Assembly: GCA_001787405.1 (NCBI GenBank)
Contig: MFWV01000011.1
Location: forward strand, 48,857 to 112,856
Source of the DNA: Candidatus Pacebacteria bacterium RIFOXYA1_FULL_38_18
GTDB lineage: Bacteria; Patescibacteriota; Microgenomatia; UBA1400; PJMF01
DNA length: 64,000 bases
Reading direction: 5' to 3'
Positions 10,252-19,343 of this stretch are shown piece by piece; positions within the stretch are counted from its first letter, which is position 1; each line of letters begins with the position of its first letter. A model generated the notes under the pieces. The model did not search any database, was not told the DNA's origin, and worked only from the letters and a program-made list of their open reading frames with translations. Both the position numbers and the translations under genes were made by a program.

Positions 10252-10258
10252 AAAGCTA

Positions 10259-12487
10259 TTATTCTTTGGATTTAGTTGGCCATAAAGCAGTAATTAATAA
10301 TGGTTCATTTGTTATTTTTTTCTCGACCAAAGTTTGCCAAACAGCTTCTGTTACGAAAGGCGTAAATGGATGAAGTAATTTAAGAAAAGTTTGTAGACCG
10401 GCAATTAGTTGCTGGCCGCCGAGCTTGCCAGCTTTGGCGGTTTCTATACATTCGTCGCAATACCAATGCCAGAATTCGTTATAAGCAGTCTCGGCGGCCA
10501 GCCCTAATTGAAAATTAGTTAGATTCTTGGTAATTACTTGACTAACTTCCTCGATTTTTTTATTAAATTGATCATTAATTTTTTCTTCACCTGCCTGAGT
10601 AGTATCCAGGTGTTCCAAAACAAATCGGGAAGCATTCCAAAGCTTATTGGTTAAATTGCGCATGGCTCTGAAATCTTGTTCACCCACGGCTTTGTCCAAT
10701 CCCGGCGTCGACCGGATTATTAAGGCCATTCTGAGCGCATCAGCACCGTATTTTTCGGTTAGTTCCATTGGGTTGACCACGTTACCCTTACTCTTACTCA
10801 TTTTTTGACCTTTGGCGTCTCTAATCAGTCCGTGTAAATAGATATCAGTGAATGGCAGTTTGCCAGTAACATATTTTCCCATGAACAACATTCTCATCAC
10901 CCAAAACATCAAAATATCATAGGCAGTCTCCAGCACTTGAGTGGGGTAGAAGCGTTCAAAATCTTTTTCAGACAAACTCTTGAGGGTAGTAAACGGCCAT
11001 TGTGCCGAGCTAAACCAGGTGTCCAGCGTGTCGGTTTCTTGAAGATAATTTTCACCGGGAGATTTGAGAGCAATCATATATTCGGCCGTCAATGGTGCGC
11101 GTAATTCTTGTAAACCCTGTCCAATTTCTTTGATTGCATAATTTTTAGCTAATAATTCTGAGCTAGTTCCAGTAATTTTTTCTCCAGTTTTGGTCAAAAA
11201 AGTAATTGATAGATCTAGATTTTTTTCTAGGTCGTACCAAACCGGCATTCTAATTCCCCAAACAATTTGACGTGAAATATTCCAATCATAGAGATTTTCG
11301 AGCCAGTGTTTGAGAATTTTGTCGTAACCAGTGCCATGAATACGAATCTTTTTCTCTTTTAGTGCTTCCAACACTGGTTTAACCAATGGCTTAACTTTGA
11401 TAAAAAATTGCGGTAGCAAAAGTGGTTCGATGACGTGCTTGCAACGATAACAGGTTGCTATTCTATTTTTATATGATTCATCAATCTTTTCTATCAATCC
11501 ATTTTTTTGCAAATCCGCTACTACTTGTTCACGAGCTACCTTAACTTTCAATCCAGCATATTTCCCCCCAGTCGCGACGATTCGTCCCATCAAATCAATT
11601 GCTGGATTAATAGGCAAGCCAAGCTTTTTTGCTACGGCAAAATCTTCTCGATCATGAGCGGGGGTAAGTTTAACCACGCCGGTGCCAAAGTCCGGATCTA
11701 CAAAATCATCACCAATAATTTCCATTTCGACTTGAGTTAGAGGATTCAAAACCTTTTTGCCAATTAGTGCTCGTCTCTTTTTATCTTTGGGATTTACTGC
11801 CAAATGAGTGTCGGCAAAAATTGGTTCTGGTCGAACCGTAGCCACAGTCACAAACTCACCAACCCGATCGACCAAAGGATATTTAACGTAATAAAGCGGA
11901 GTAGTTTGTTCTTGATGAATTACTTCCAACTCAGAGAAACTAGTCCCGCAGTGAGTGCAGTAATTGACCAATTGTTCATCTCGATAAAGCAGATCATCTT
12001 GGTCTAGTTTGAGCAGGGTTTTTAATGCCTCATCGACGGCTTTTTGATCAAGAGTAAAAACAAATCTAGACCAATCAGCACTTGCTCCCAATCTTTTCAT
12101 TTGTTTGATAGCTACTCCAGAATTTTCCTGAACATAATCCCAAATCATCTGGTAAAGAGTTTCCCGATCAAAATCAAACCTGGTTTTATTTTCCTTTTTT
12201 AGTTTTTTTTCAAAGACAAATTGAGTTTCGATTCCGGCGTGATCTGCGCCTGGTAACCAGAGGGTATCATCACCCAGCATACGATGAAATCTAGTGAGGA
12301 CGTCCTCGATTGCCACAAACATGGCATGACCCACATGCAGAGGATCATTGGCATTGGGTGGAGGCATGATAATGGTAAAGGGTTTTTGATTTTTAGCTAG
12401 CTGTTTTGCCGGAGAAAAAACCTGATTTTCTTCCCATAATCCATAAATTTTTTGCTCGTATTCTTGATGATCGTAACGCTTATCCAT
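10259..12487 (-). CDS. valS: valyl-tRNA synthetase (short form, no C-terminal coiled-coil)
   Basis: 742 aa. PPPNANDPLHVGHA (HIGH), GADHAGIETQ and KMSKSKGN are the ValRS pattern of class I aaRS. Confidence 0.9.
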   Translation of the reverse strand: MDKRYDHQEYEQKIYGLWEENQVFSPAKQLAKNQKPFTIIMPPPNANDPLHVGHAMFVAIEDVLTRFHRMLGDDTLWLPGADHAGIETQFVFEKKLKKENKTRFDFDRETLYQMIWDYVQENSGVAIKQMKRLGASADWSRFVFTLDQKAVDEALKTLLKLDQDDLLYRDEQLVNYCTHCGTSFSELEVIHQEQTTPLYYVKYPLVDRVGEFVTVATVRPEPIFADTHLAVNPKDKKRRALIGKKVLNPLTQVEMEIIGDDFVDPDFGTGVVKLTPAHDREDFAVAKKLGLPINPAIDLMGRIVATGGKYAGLKVKVAREQVVADLQKNGLIEKIDESYKNRIATCYRCKHVIEPLLLPQFFIKVKPLVKPVLEALKEKKIRIHGTGYDKILKHWLENLYDWNISRQIVWGIRMPVWYDLEKNLDLSITFLTKTGEKITGTSSELLAKNYAIKEIGQGLQELRAPLTAEYMIALKSPGENYLQETDTLDTWFSSAQWPFTTLKSLSEKDFERFYPTQVLETAYDILMFWVMRMLFMGKYVTGKLPFTDIYLHGLIRDAKGQKMSKSKGNVVNPMELTEKYGADALRMALIIRSTPGLDKAVGEQDFRAMRNLTNKLWNASRFVLEHLDTTQAGEEKINDQFNKKIEEVSQVITKNLTNFQLGLAAETAYNEFWHWYCDECIETAKAGKLGGQQLIAGLQTFLKLLHPFTPFVTEAVWQTLVEKKITNEPLLITALWPTKSKE

Positions 12488-12622
12488 GACCTGAATTGTA
12501 TCACGATGGCCTCTGGGAAGAGAGCTCGAGCATGATTTATCTAAACTTTTTCGACTAATAATTAATTACAGCAAGAATAGTTATCACCTAGTGGAATATT
12601 TTTTATTCAAATTTTTAGAATC

Positions 12623-13243
12623 ATGACCCGATCCCAACTCTCGCCTCAATTATTAGCTCGCCGGGTTGTATTAGTTAATGAACAAGATGAAGAAATTGGC
12701 TCGGCTAGCTTAATTGAAGCTCATCAGAAAAAAGGATTGTTGCATCGTGCTTCTTCTGTGTTTTTATTTCGTAAAAAAAATGGCAAATTAGAGTTTCTCA
12801 TCCAACAGAGAAGTCCACAGAAAGTTCTAGCAGCCAATCTATGGGCCAATACTGTTTGTGGCAATGTTACTCCAAAGGAGGATTGTAAACATTGCATTAC
12901 TCGTAGACTTAGAGAAGAATTGGGGATTGAAAAATCAGATCTGACTAAATTAGTAAAATATCGCTATCAAGTTGATTGCGGTGGTGGTTTTGCCGAAAAC
13001 GAAATAGATCAAATTTTTGTGGGTTGGTATGATGGCTCAATTAATCCCGATACTAGCGAGGTTATTCAAGCTAAATGGGTTGATTGGCAATCATTTTTGG
13101 CTTTTATTCAAAAGGGAACTATACCAACTGATAAAAATGAAAAACTAATTTTTCAACAAGATAATTTTGCTCCCTGGATAAAATTGATGTTTAATGAACC
13201 TCAAGTTTTGGAATCATTGGAAAAATTTATTAAACAATCATGA
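12623..13243 (+). CDS. idi: isopentenyl-diphosphate delta-isomerase type 1 (Nudix family)
   Basis: 206 aa. LLHRASSVFLF, WANTVCGNV (catalytic Cys) and ENEIDQIF (catalytic Glu) align with E. coli Idi. Confidence 0.8.
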   Translation: MTRSQLSPQLLARRVVLVNEQDEEIGSASLIEAHQKKGLLHRASSVFLFRKKNGKLEFLIQQRSPQKVLAANLWANTVCGNVTPKEDCKHCITRRLREELGIEKSDLTKLVKYRYQVDCGGGFAENEIDQIFVGWYDGSINPDTSEVIQAKWVDWQSFLAFIQKGTIPTDKNEKLIFQQDNFAPWIKLMFNEPQVLESLEKFIKQS

Positions 13244-13938
13244 CAACCCCCCAACACGTAGCGATTATTATGGATGGCAATCGTCGTTGGGCACGCCAAC
13301 AAGGTCTGCAGGCCTCACTGGGCCATAAACAAATGGTGGAAGAGGGAATTGAGCGGATAGTAAGAGGGGCGAAAAAGTTGGGAATTAAGTATCTTACTCT
13401 TTGGGCTTTTAGTACGGAAAATTGGCAGAGGGATAAAAAAGAAGTGCAGTTTTTGATGAAACTTTTTCGCCAAATGTTTACCAAAGAGGTTAAAAAACTT
13501 CACGAAAAAGGAGTAAGAATTCGCACCATAGGTGATCTGAGTCGTTTTGATCAAGATATTCAGGATAGTATTGCCAAATGGGTTGAAGAAACAGCAAAAA
13601 ATAAGGATATCACCGTGATTTTTGCTCTTAATTATGGTGGCCAGGATGAAATCTTGCGAGCAATAAATAAGATTACTCAAGAAATAAAATCAAATAATTC
13701 TCAACCAAAAAAACTTAGTCAGTCAAGATTTGAACAATACTTGGATACGGCTGATTTGCCCAAAGTGGATTTAATCATTCGTCCAGGAGGAGAACAGCGT
13801 TTATCAGGTTTTCTTGCCTGGCAAAGTGCTTATGCGGAATTGTATTTCACGGATGTATTAATGCCGGATTTTGATGAAAATGAATTAACAAAAGCCGTGA
13901 AAGAATTTCAACGTCGTCAACGAAGATTTGGCAAATAA
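13240..13938 (+). CDS. uppS: undecaprenyl diphosphate synthase
   Basis: 232 aa. HVAIIMDGNRRWA and the cis-prenyltransferase fold. It overlaps the idi stop by 4 nt. Confidence 0.9.
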   Translation: MTTPQHVAIIMDGNRRWARQQGLQASLGHKQMVEEGIERIVRGAKKLGIKYLTLWAFSTENWQRDKKEVQFLMKLFRQMFTKEVKKLHEKGVRIRTIGDLSRFDQDIQDSIAKWVEETAKNKDITVIFALNYGGQDEILRAINKITQEIKSNNSQPKKLSQSRFEQYLDTADLPKVDLIIRPGGEQRLSGFLAWQSAYAELYFTDVLMPDFDENELTKAVKEFQRRQRRFGK

Positions 13939-13947
13939 TAAAAATAC

Positions 13948-14388
13948 TTAAAGTGGCCACTGAGTCTCGGGCCCAGGGATTCTGAATTTTAAAATAGTTT
14001 TTACCCCTGTAAAATCACTGATTAGATTGAGAATAATAAAGGCAGACAGTGCTACCACTAGGCCGATTACTGCAGAAGTGATTGATTTTTGGGCTTTTTC
14101 TACGTTTTGACTATTTCCACCAGATAGCAAAATATTAAAGGCAGCCACAACGACCATGATAAAGGAAACTATTCCTACTAAAGTTAAAAAAGTAGCCAAG
14201 ACATTGGCCAATAAACATTGAAAACCTTGGATAGTGGCTACCGAGCTATCATTTTCACTCACACACACTCCACTCCAAGAACTGGTTTGGGCTAGAGCAG
14301 GGGAGGCGCTAGCTAAAAAACCAAGCAAGGCAGAGCCGATGACCGCTATTTTCCGATTAATATTTTTCATATAAGCGTAATTATACAT
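13948..14388 (-). CDS. small secreted two-TM protein, VirB2/TrbC-like (T4SS pilin-like), paralog 1 of 7
   Basis: The signal peptide is better from Met7 (MKNINRKIAVIGSALLGFLASASPALA). Two hydrophobic helices flank a GGNSQNVEKAQKSITSAVIGL loop motif. It shares the family motif with the next six genes. Confidence 0.6.
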   Translation of the reverse strand: MYNYAYMKNINRKIAVIGSALLGFLASASPALAQTSSWSGVCVSENDSSVATIQGFQCLLANVLATFLTLVGIVSFIMVVVAAFNILLSGGNSQNVEKAQKSITSAVIGLVVALSAFIILNLISDFTGVKTILKFRIPGPETQWPL

Positions 14389-14445
14389 ACAAAATCGAGA
14401 TAAAAAAATCTATTCAAAGCTGGACGGTTTGGTTTTTTTAAAAAA

Positions 14446-14480
14446 TAAAAAAAAGAAGCCCTCGCACGTTAGTGAGAAGG
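14446..14480 (-). terminator. rho-independent terminator downstream of pilin-like paralog 2
   Basis: On the minus strand AGAAGCC...GGCTTCT forms a 7-bp stem followed by CTTCTTTTTTTTATTTTTT. Confidence 0.5.
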
Positions 14481-14503
14481 CTTCTGAATTTCAATTAATT
14501 TAA

Positions 14504-14902
14504 TTAACCATTGATGGTTCTAGTTTCCAGCACTTCATTTAGGTCTTTGAAGCCCAAGAAGTTCAAGGCTAAAGTAAGAATGGCATAAGAAGCAGCCACT
14601 ACGATCAAGCCGATTATCGCTGAGGTAATTTTGTTTCTAGCACTTTCGGTTTTACCTTTATCACCTCCGCTAGTAATCCATTCAATACCTCCCCAAATGA
14701 GATAGAGAAAGACCATTAAGGCTGCTAACACCATAACAAAACTCAAAATACCATTTAACAACTTACCAAAATCAGTGGCGAAACCCTGACCTGGGGTAAC
14801 TTGAGTTTTGGCGATATCCACAGCTCCAGCTGGGACTACGGCAGCAACCAAGCTGGCAATGGACACACTGGTTGACAGAGTGAATTTTTGAAATTTATTC
14901 AT
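14504..14902 (-). CDS. VirB2/TrbC-like pilin-like protein, paralog 2 of 7
   Basis: Sec signal peptide (…AAVVPAGA|VD), TM1, loop WITSGGDKGKTESARNKITSAIIGLIVV, TM2. Confidence 0.65.
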   Translation of the reverse strand: MNKFQKFTLSTSVSIASLVAAVVPAGAVDIAKTQVTPGQGFATDFGKLLNGILSFVMVLAALMVFLYLIWGGIEWITSGGDKGKTESARNKITSAIIGLIVVAASYAILTLALNFLGFKDLNEVLETRTING

Positions 14903-15025
14903 GATTCTCCTTTTATTAATTTCTAAATTTTTTTACCCTAAAACAAGATTGCTGATCATTATACTCATATCTTGCCATAAACGTCAAAACATTATCAGTT
15001 CGCTTTTTCCAGTCAATCTCGAATT

Positions 15026-15367
15026 TTAACAAGTTCCTCCAAAATCAAGTATGCAGATATTTAAAAATTTTTGCAACAAAATAAAGAGTGCGGTGGTAGA
15101 AGCCAGTACGATTAAACCAATTAACGCTTGAGTAATTTTATTTCTAGAACTTTCTAGTTTGCTTTTATCACCCTCACTAGTGATCCATCCCAAGGCGCCT
15201 AGCAAAAGATAAATAAAAGCGACCAACACTGCCACCACCATGATTGCGCTCATTAGCGTACTCATAAAACCACCAAAACCACCTTTGACACTAGAACCAG
15301 GCAGATTGGCTTGATCAGCAGCACCGCTTAGATTGATGGTAGTCTGTTGGGCGATTAAATTATTCAT
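15026..15367 (-). CDS. VirB2/TrbC-like pilin-like protein, paralog 3 of 7 (no obvious signal peptide)
   Basis: WITSEGDKSKLESSRNKITQALIGLIVL lies between two TM helices. The N-terminus MNNLIAQQ resembles paralog 7. Confidence 0.6.
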   Translation of the reverse strand: MNNLIAQQTTINLSGAADQANLPGSSVKGGFGGFMSTLMSAIMVVAVLVAFIYLLLGALGWITSEGDKSKLESSRNKITQALIGLIVLASTTALFILLQKFLNICILDFGGTC

Positions 15368-15372
15368 GTTTT

Positions 15373-15792
15373 TTAATTCAAAGCACTAGGAATAGTTATT
15401 TTCAAAATATTAAAACTTTCACCAAAAAATAGGTCGCTAATGAAACTTAAAATGACGAAAGAACCAACTAAAATAATCAAACCAATAATTGCTTGCATGA
15501 TGCGATTTCTGGCTTTTTCCAGTTTACCCTTTTCACCCTCACTAGTAATCCACTCAAAAGCTCCCAAGATAAAGAATACCAAGACCGTGATTGCTCCAAT
15601 GCCAATAATGGCGCTCCAAAGAGTTACGAAATAATTGGCAAAAGTAACTCCGCTAGCTGCTCCTTCAGCGTCATTACCCAGCGCTCCCTCGACTACTGGA
15701 TTGGTTAATTGAGCAAAAGCGGGAGAAGCTGTTGCCAGTGTAAAAACACTCAGGGTTGATAGAGCGCTGCCGATTTTGATTATTTTTTTCAT
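15373..15792 (-). CDS. VirB2/TrbC-like pilin-like protein, paralog 4 of 7
   Basis: Signal peptide …ASPAFA|Q. Loop motif EWITSEGEKGKLEKARNRIMQAIIGLIIL between two TMs. Confidence 0.65.
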   Translation of the reverse strand: MKKIIKIGSALSTLSVFTLATASPAFAQLTNPVVEGALGNDAEGAASGVTFANYFVTLWSAIIGIGAITVLVFFILGAFEWITSEGEKGKLEKARNRIMQAIIGLIILVGSFVILSFISDLFFGESFNILKITIPSALN

Positions 15793-16208
15793 AATCCTCC
15801 TGAAACTGGGGCAATAATATTTTGAATTTGTTCGGCAGGATTCAAGAAATCAAAGCCCAATAGACTGCCCAACAACCCAATAATGCTGTATGAAGCGATG
15901 ATGATAATCATACCCAGTGCTCCATGTACCATTTGATTCCTAGCTTTTTCCAGTTTGCCCTTATCTCCCTCACTAGAAATCCATTGAAAGGCACCAATGA
16001 CAAACTGCACCACAAAAAACAACGCACCCAAAGCAGTTAAAAAGCCAATTATATTGGAAACAAAAAGTTCTAGATTGGTTAATGCTCCAGTACCAACATC
16101 TGATCCTTCACTATAAGCATCAGTGGGGGGAGTAAAACCACCTAGAGGAACATCTTCAGTAGCACCTTTACCTGCTTGAGTGATTAATGAAAAAAAACTA
16201 AATAGCAT
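15789..16208 (-). CDS. VirB2/TrbC-like pilin-like protein, paralog 5 of 7
   Basis: Loop motif QWISSEGDKGKLEKARNQMVHGALGMII between two TMs. Overlaps paralog 4 by 4 nt. Confidence 0.6.
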   Translation of the reverse strand: MLFSFFSLITQAGKGATEDVPLGGFTPPTDAYSEGSDVGTGALTNLELFVSNIIGFLTALGALFFVVQFVIGAFQWISSEGDKGKLEKARNQMVHGALGMIIIIASYSIIGLLGSLLGFDFLNPAEQIQNIIAPVSGGL

Positions 16209-16220
16209 AATTTGGACTCC

Positions 16221-16712
16221 TTACGAAACTCCTCGCAATGTAGGATTGATAATGTAAGTAGCATCACCAAAGAAAATCAGACCGATGATTGCAGCAATGG
16301 TATAGGCCCCCACAATCAAGCCAAGACCAACCAGACTATTAGTCATCATGGAGGAAGCTTGAGTAACACCCTTGCTGTCTCCAGAAGAAATAATGTATTG
16401 CCAGCCAGCCAAGATAAAATTGATCAGCACCCAAACTCCAGCAGCTACGGTGGCTAGACGAATGAGATTGGAAATAAAAGTAATAAGACCAATTCCGCCC
16501 TCACCTTCGGCGTTATAACGATCTACACCCGCTGGGGCTTCGATAGTACCAAAAATACTAGTTTCATCACTAGTTTTAGGATTAGTGGGAGTAATTTGAC
16601 CTACGGCAATTACTGAATTGGTAAAGCCACCCAGAAAAATTCCCAGGACAATTGTGAGAGAAAGAAAAAACTTGGTTAGTTGGTTGGTCAAACTAGATTT
16701 CATTTTCATCAT
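16221..16712 (-). CDS. VirB2/TrbC-like pilin-like protein, paralog 6 of 7 (longer N-region)
   Basis: Signal peptide, then a roughly 70-aa hydrophilic region, then TM1, loop QYIISSGDSKGVTQASSMMTNSLVGLGLIV and TM2. Confidence 0.55.
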   Translation of the reverse strand: MMKMKSSLTNQLTKFFLSLTIVLGIFLGGFTNSVIAVGQITPTNPKTSDETSIFGTIEAPAGVDRYNAEGEGGIGLITFISNLIRLATVAAGVWVLINFILAGWQYIISSGDSKGVTQASSMMTNSLVGLGLIVGAYTIAAIIGLIFFGDATYIINPTLRGVS

Positions 16713-16731
16713 GATTGTAGTATAGCTTTCT

Positions 16732-17067
16732 CTACAAAGGAATATCTGCTCCCGTGATTACTTTGATAATTTGTAAAATCCAATAGGCAGCAAACATGAT
16801 AACTAGACCAGCCACCATAGTGCTGGCGATTTTTTGGGCTTCTTGTAAACCTTTTTCTCCTTGAGCAATGAATTTATAACCGATCACAATAATAAGGACC
16901 ATGATCACTACGCCAGCAATAACGAAGAGATTTGGTACTATCAAATTGACTAAATCAGCAGGGGTGCTAAAGACTTCGCTAACAGGTTTCCCTCCTTGTA
17001 AAATATAGGATGATCCAAGATCTAAATCTCCTTCACCGGTGTTTTGAGCAATGAGTAGATCCAGCAT
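16732..17067 (-). CDS. VirB2/TrbC-like pilin-like protein, paralog 7 of 7 (divergent, no signal peptide)
   Basis: Two TMs flank KFIAQGEKGLQEAQKIASTMVAGLVIMF. First gene of the array, divergent from the sigma-factor gene. Confidence 0.5.
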   Translation of the reverse strand: MLDLLIAQNTGEGDLDLGSSYILQGGKPVSEVFSTPADLVNLIVPNLFVIAGVVIMVLIIVIGYKFIAQGEKGLQEAQKIASTMVAGLVIMFAAYWILQIIKVITGADIPL

Positions 17068-17110
17068 TGAATGGTATTATATCAGCAACCGGAGAAGAAA
17101 AAAACGTGTC

Positions 17111-17656
17111 ATGCACATCTTAATCAAAGACGAACAAAAACTAGTTGAACAATTGAGACAAGGCAAAAACCAAGCCGTAAAGACTTGGTTTAAATTATTT
17201 TCTCCTTATTTATTAGCCATTACCTTAAAAAAAGTTTCCAGCCACCAGGATGCAGAGGAATTAGTTCAAGAAACCTTCATCAATTGTTTGCGTCAACTAC
17301 CTCTGTTTGAGGGTCGGTCTAGATTAAAAACCTGGATGGTAAGTATTTTGCATCATGAAATTGCGGATTTTTATCGTAAAAAATATGCCAAAAAAACTCT
17401 GCAGACTATTCCACTAGTCAATCTTATTTTGACTCAACCGATCAAAGATGCGAGTGAAACTTCACAAAAAGTACGACAAGTACTATCAAATATGAGTCAG
17501 CGCAAGAGAGAATTACTATTGATGAAATATGTAGACAAAAAACAAGTCAAGGAAATCGCTCACTATTGGCAAAAAACAGCCAAATCAGTAGAAGCTGAAC
17601 TCTTTCGCGCCAGAGAGGAATTTCGATTGCTTTATGCTCAATTGGAAAGAGCTTAA
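17111..17656 (+). CDS. ECF-type RNA polymerase sigma-70 family factor
   Basis: Region 2 (ELVQETFINCLRQLPLFEGRSRLKTWMVSILHHEIADFYRKK) and region 4 (RKRELLLMKYVDKKQVKEIA) are present. The start is taken at Met21 to avoid a divergent overlap with the pilin array. The ORF track starts at 17051. Confidence 0.8.
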   Translation: MHILIKDEQKLVEQLRQGKNQAVKTWFKLFSPYLLAITLKKVSSHQDAEELVQETFINCLRQLPLFEGRSRLKTWMVSILHHEIADFYRKKYAKKTLQTIPLVNLILTQPIKDASETSQKVRQVLSNMSQRKRELLLMKYVDKKQVKEIAHYWQKTAKSVEAELFRAREEFRLLYAQLERA

Positions 17657-17894
17657 AAAATTTAGATTAAAAAAACCTAAACAGTTTAATTTGAAAGAAA
17701 CAAAAGATATGCAACAAGCTCAATTTTTACAAACCCTTGCCGAGGAGGCTCGTTTACAAGCTCAAATTAGCTCCACAAAAGTAGTGCCAAAAAGTTTGGA
17801 AAGAATGGCTAATTTAATCGGCAATCATACTTGGAAATTATTATTAGTAGTTTCTGGAATAATGTCCCTGCTCACAGAAATATGGCAGCGATGA
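17634..17894 (+). CDS. possible anti-sigma factor (small protein with C-terminal TM)
   Basis: 86 aa. Overlaps the sigma gene 3' end. C-terminal TM is TWKLLLVVSGIMSLLTEIW. The only support is position and topology. Confidence 0.3.
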   Translation: MLNWKELKKFRLKKPKQFNLKETKDMQQAQFLQTLAEEARLQAQISSTKVVPKSLERMANLIGNHTWKLLLVVSGIMSLLTEIWQR

Positions 17895-18247
17895 TACATC
17901 AACGATCTTTACACATTGCAACATCATTACTGTATTCCATTGGTCAGATTACCCAGGGTTTGTTTTTGCATCCCTATCAAACTATGCAGTTGTTGGTTCG
18001 TGAAAAAGTATTTTTTTGGCTGACTTTTTTACCTATGGGAGTGTGGGTGGTGGCTAGACTATTTTGGGGGTTAATCATCGTGCCTTTGGTGCGCTTGACT
18101 TTTTCCTGTAGCCAAACTGGCTTTATGGGTTGTGATTTGATTTCTTTTTTTAGTCGTTGGTTATTTTATTTTTGTATTTTATGGCAATTAATATTGTTAT
18201 ATTTGTTTGTCAGATTTAGTTATGCTTTTTTCAAAAAGAACTCATGA
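17882..18247 (+). CDS. hypothetical polytopic membrane protein
   Basis: Hydrophobic ORF between the anti-sigma candidate and recF. Start chosen at an internal Met; the ORF track starts at 17831. Confidence 0.35.
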   Translation: MAAMIHQRSLHIATSLLYSIGQITQGLFLHPYQTMQLLVREKVFFWLTFLPMGVWVVARLFWGLIIVPLVRLTFSCSQTGFMGCDLISFFSRWLFYFCILWQLILLYLFVRFSYAFFKKNS

Positions 18248-19335
18248 AAGTAGCTAAAATATTTTTTCAACACTTTCGCTTGTTTGAGCAACAAGAAGTA
18301 ACTCTAAATGATGTTACGTTGTTGGTGGGTGATAATGGTTCCGGCAAGACTTCTGTAATTGAAGGTTTATATTTACTTTCTCACGGTGAAAGCTTTCGAG
18401 CTTATAAAATTGATGAAATGATTGCTTTCAATCAGGAGTTGGCCAGAGTAGGAATTTCTTTGGTAGAAGAGATAGAAGAGAACAAATCAGCTTCAAGTTC
18501 AAAAACAGATATTTTGGAAGTGACATTGACTCGGGGATTGGTACAGGGATCGCGAACTAGAAAACGATTGTTTTCCATCAATGGAGCTGGTAAAAGTCAG
18601 AAAAATTTTGTAGGTGAATTTCAAGCAATTGTTTTTCAGCCAGAGGACATGAGGTTGGTAGAAGGCTCGCCTGGTCGTCGCCGTTCTTTTATTGATGAAG
18701 TTTTACAACTAACTAATCCAGAATATGCTTATTCGTTGCACACTTATGAACAAGCTCTTAAACGGTTAAATAAATTTCTAGAACAAGTTCGAGAGAGAGA
18801 ACAGCCTCGCTCGGTGTTGAAATATTGGGAAATGCTTTTGGTCAAACATGGAAAAATTTTGCAGACCGACAGACTTGAGTTTTTTGAGTTTTTACGACGC
18901 TTAGATTCACCTTTTAGTTTTGATGTGCGTTATTTAATTTCTGAAATTTCTGAAAAAGCACTTGATTCTCGTCAGGAAAAGGCTATTGCAGCTGGTCATG
19001 TCTTGATTGGTCCACATAAAGATGATTTTGAGATTTTATTTGCTGGTGAAAATTTAGACAATCGAGAATTGTCTATTTATGGCTCGCGTGGTCAACAACG
19101 CTTGGGAGTTTTATGGTTAAAACTAGGCGAATTGAGGTTTTTGGAAAAAATAAAAAAACAAAAGCCGCTTTTACTTTTGGATGATATTTTTTCTGAGTTG
19201 GATGAAGCTTCGGAAAACTTAGTGCTTGAATTGGTTGGTAAATATCAAACCGTAATTACTACGGCCAATGAAAATACTAAAGAATTTCTAAAACAAAAAC
19301 TAAAAAAATTAACGATTAAGAAGATGAAAAATTAA
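18244..19335 (+). CDS. recF: DNA replication and repair protein RecF
   Basis: 363 aa with Walker A GDNGSGKTS near the N-terminus. SMC-like, including the C-terminal LLLDDIFSELD signature region. Confidence 0.85.
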   Translation: MKVAKIFFQHFRLFEQQEVTLNDVTLLVGDNGSGKTSVIEGLYLLSHGESFRAYKIDEMIAFNQELARVGISLVEEIEENKSASSSKTDILEVTLTRGLVQGSRTRKRLFSINGAGKSQKNFVGEFQAIVFQPEDMRLVEGSPGRRRSFIDEVLQLTNPEYAYSLHTYEQALKRLNKFLEQVREREQPRSVLKYWEMLLVKHGKILQTDRLEFFEFLRRLDSPFSFDVRYLISEISEKALDSRQEKAIAAGHVLIGPHKDDFEILFAGENLDNRELSIYGSRGQQRLGVLWLKLGELRFLEKIKKQKPLLLLDDIFSELDEASENLVLELVGKYQTVITTANENTKEFLKQKLKKLTIKKMKN

Positions 19336-19343
19336 TTTGTTGA

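Noticed and set aside
13315-13680. 121-aa and 84-aa minus-strand ORFs inside uppS and idi; similar antisense ORFs inside dnaN, rnpA, pilin genes, nnrD, GH3 and mevalonate genes
   Set aside because: They are antisense to strongly supported genes and AT-rich with no conserved motifs. These are typical spurious ORFs of a low-GC genome.
15440-15708. Plus-strand ORFs opposite pilin paralog 4
   Set aside because: They are mirror-frame artefacts of the conserved pilin loop.
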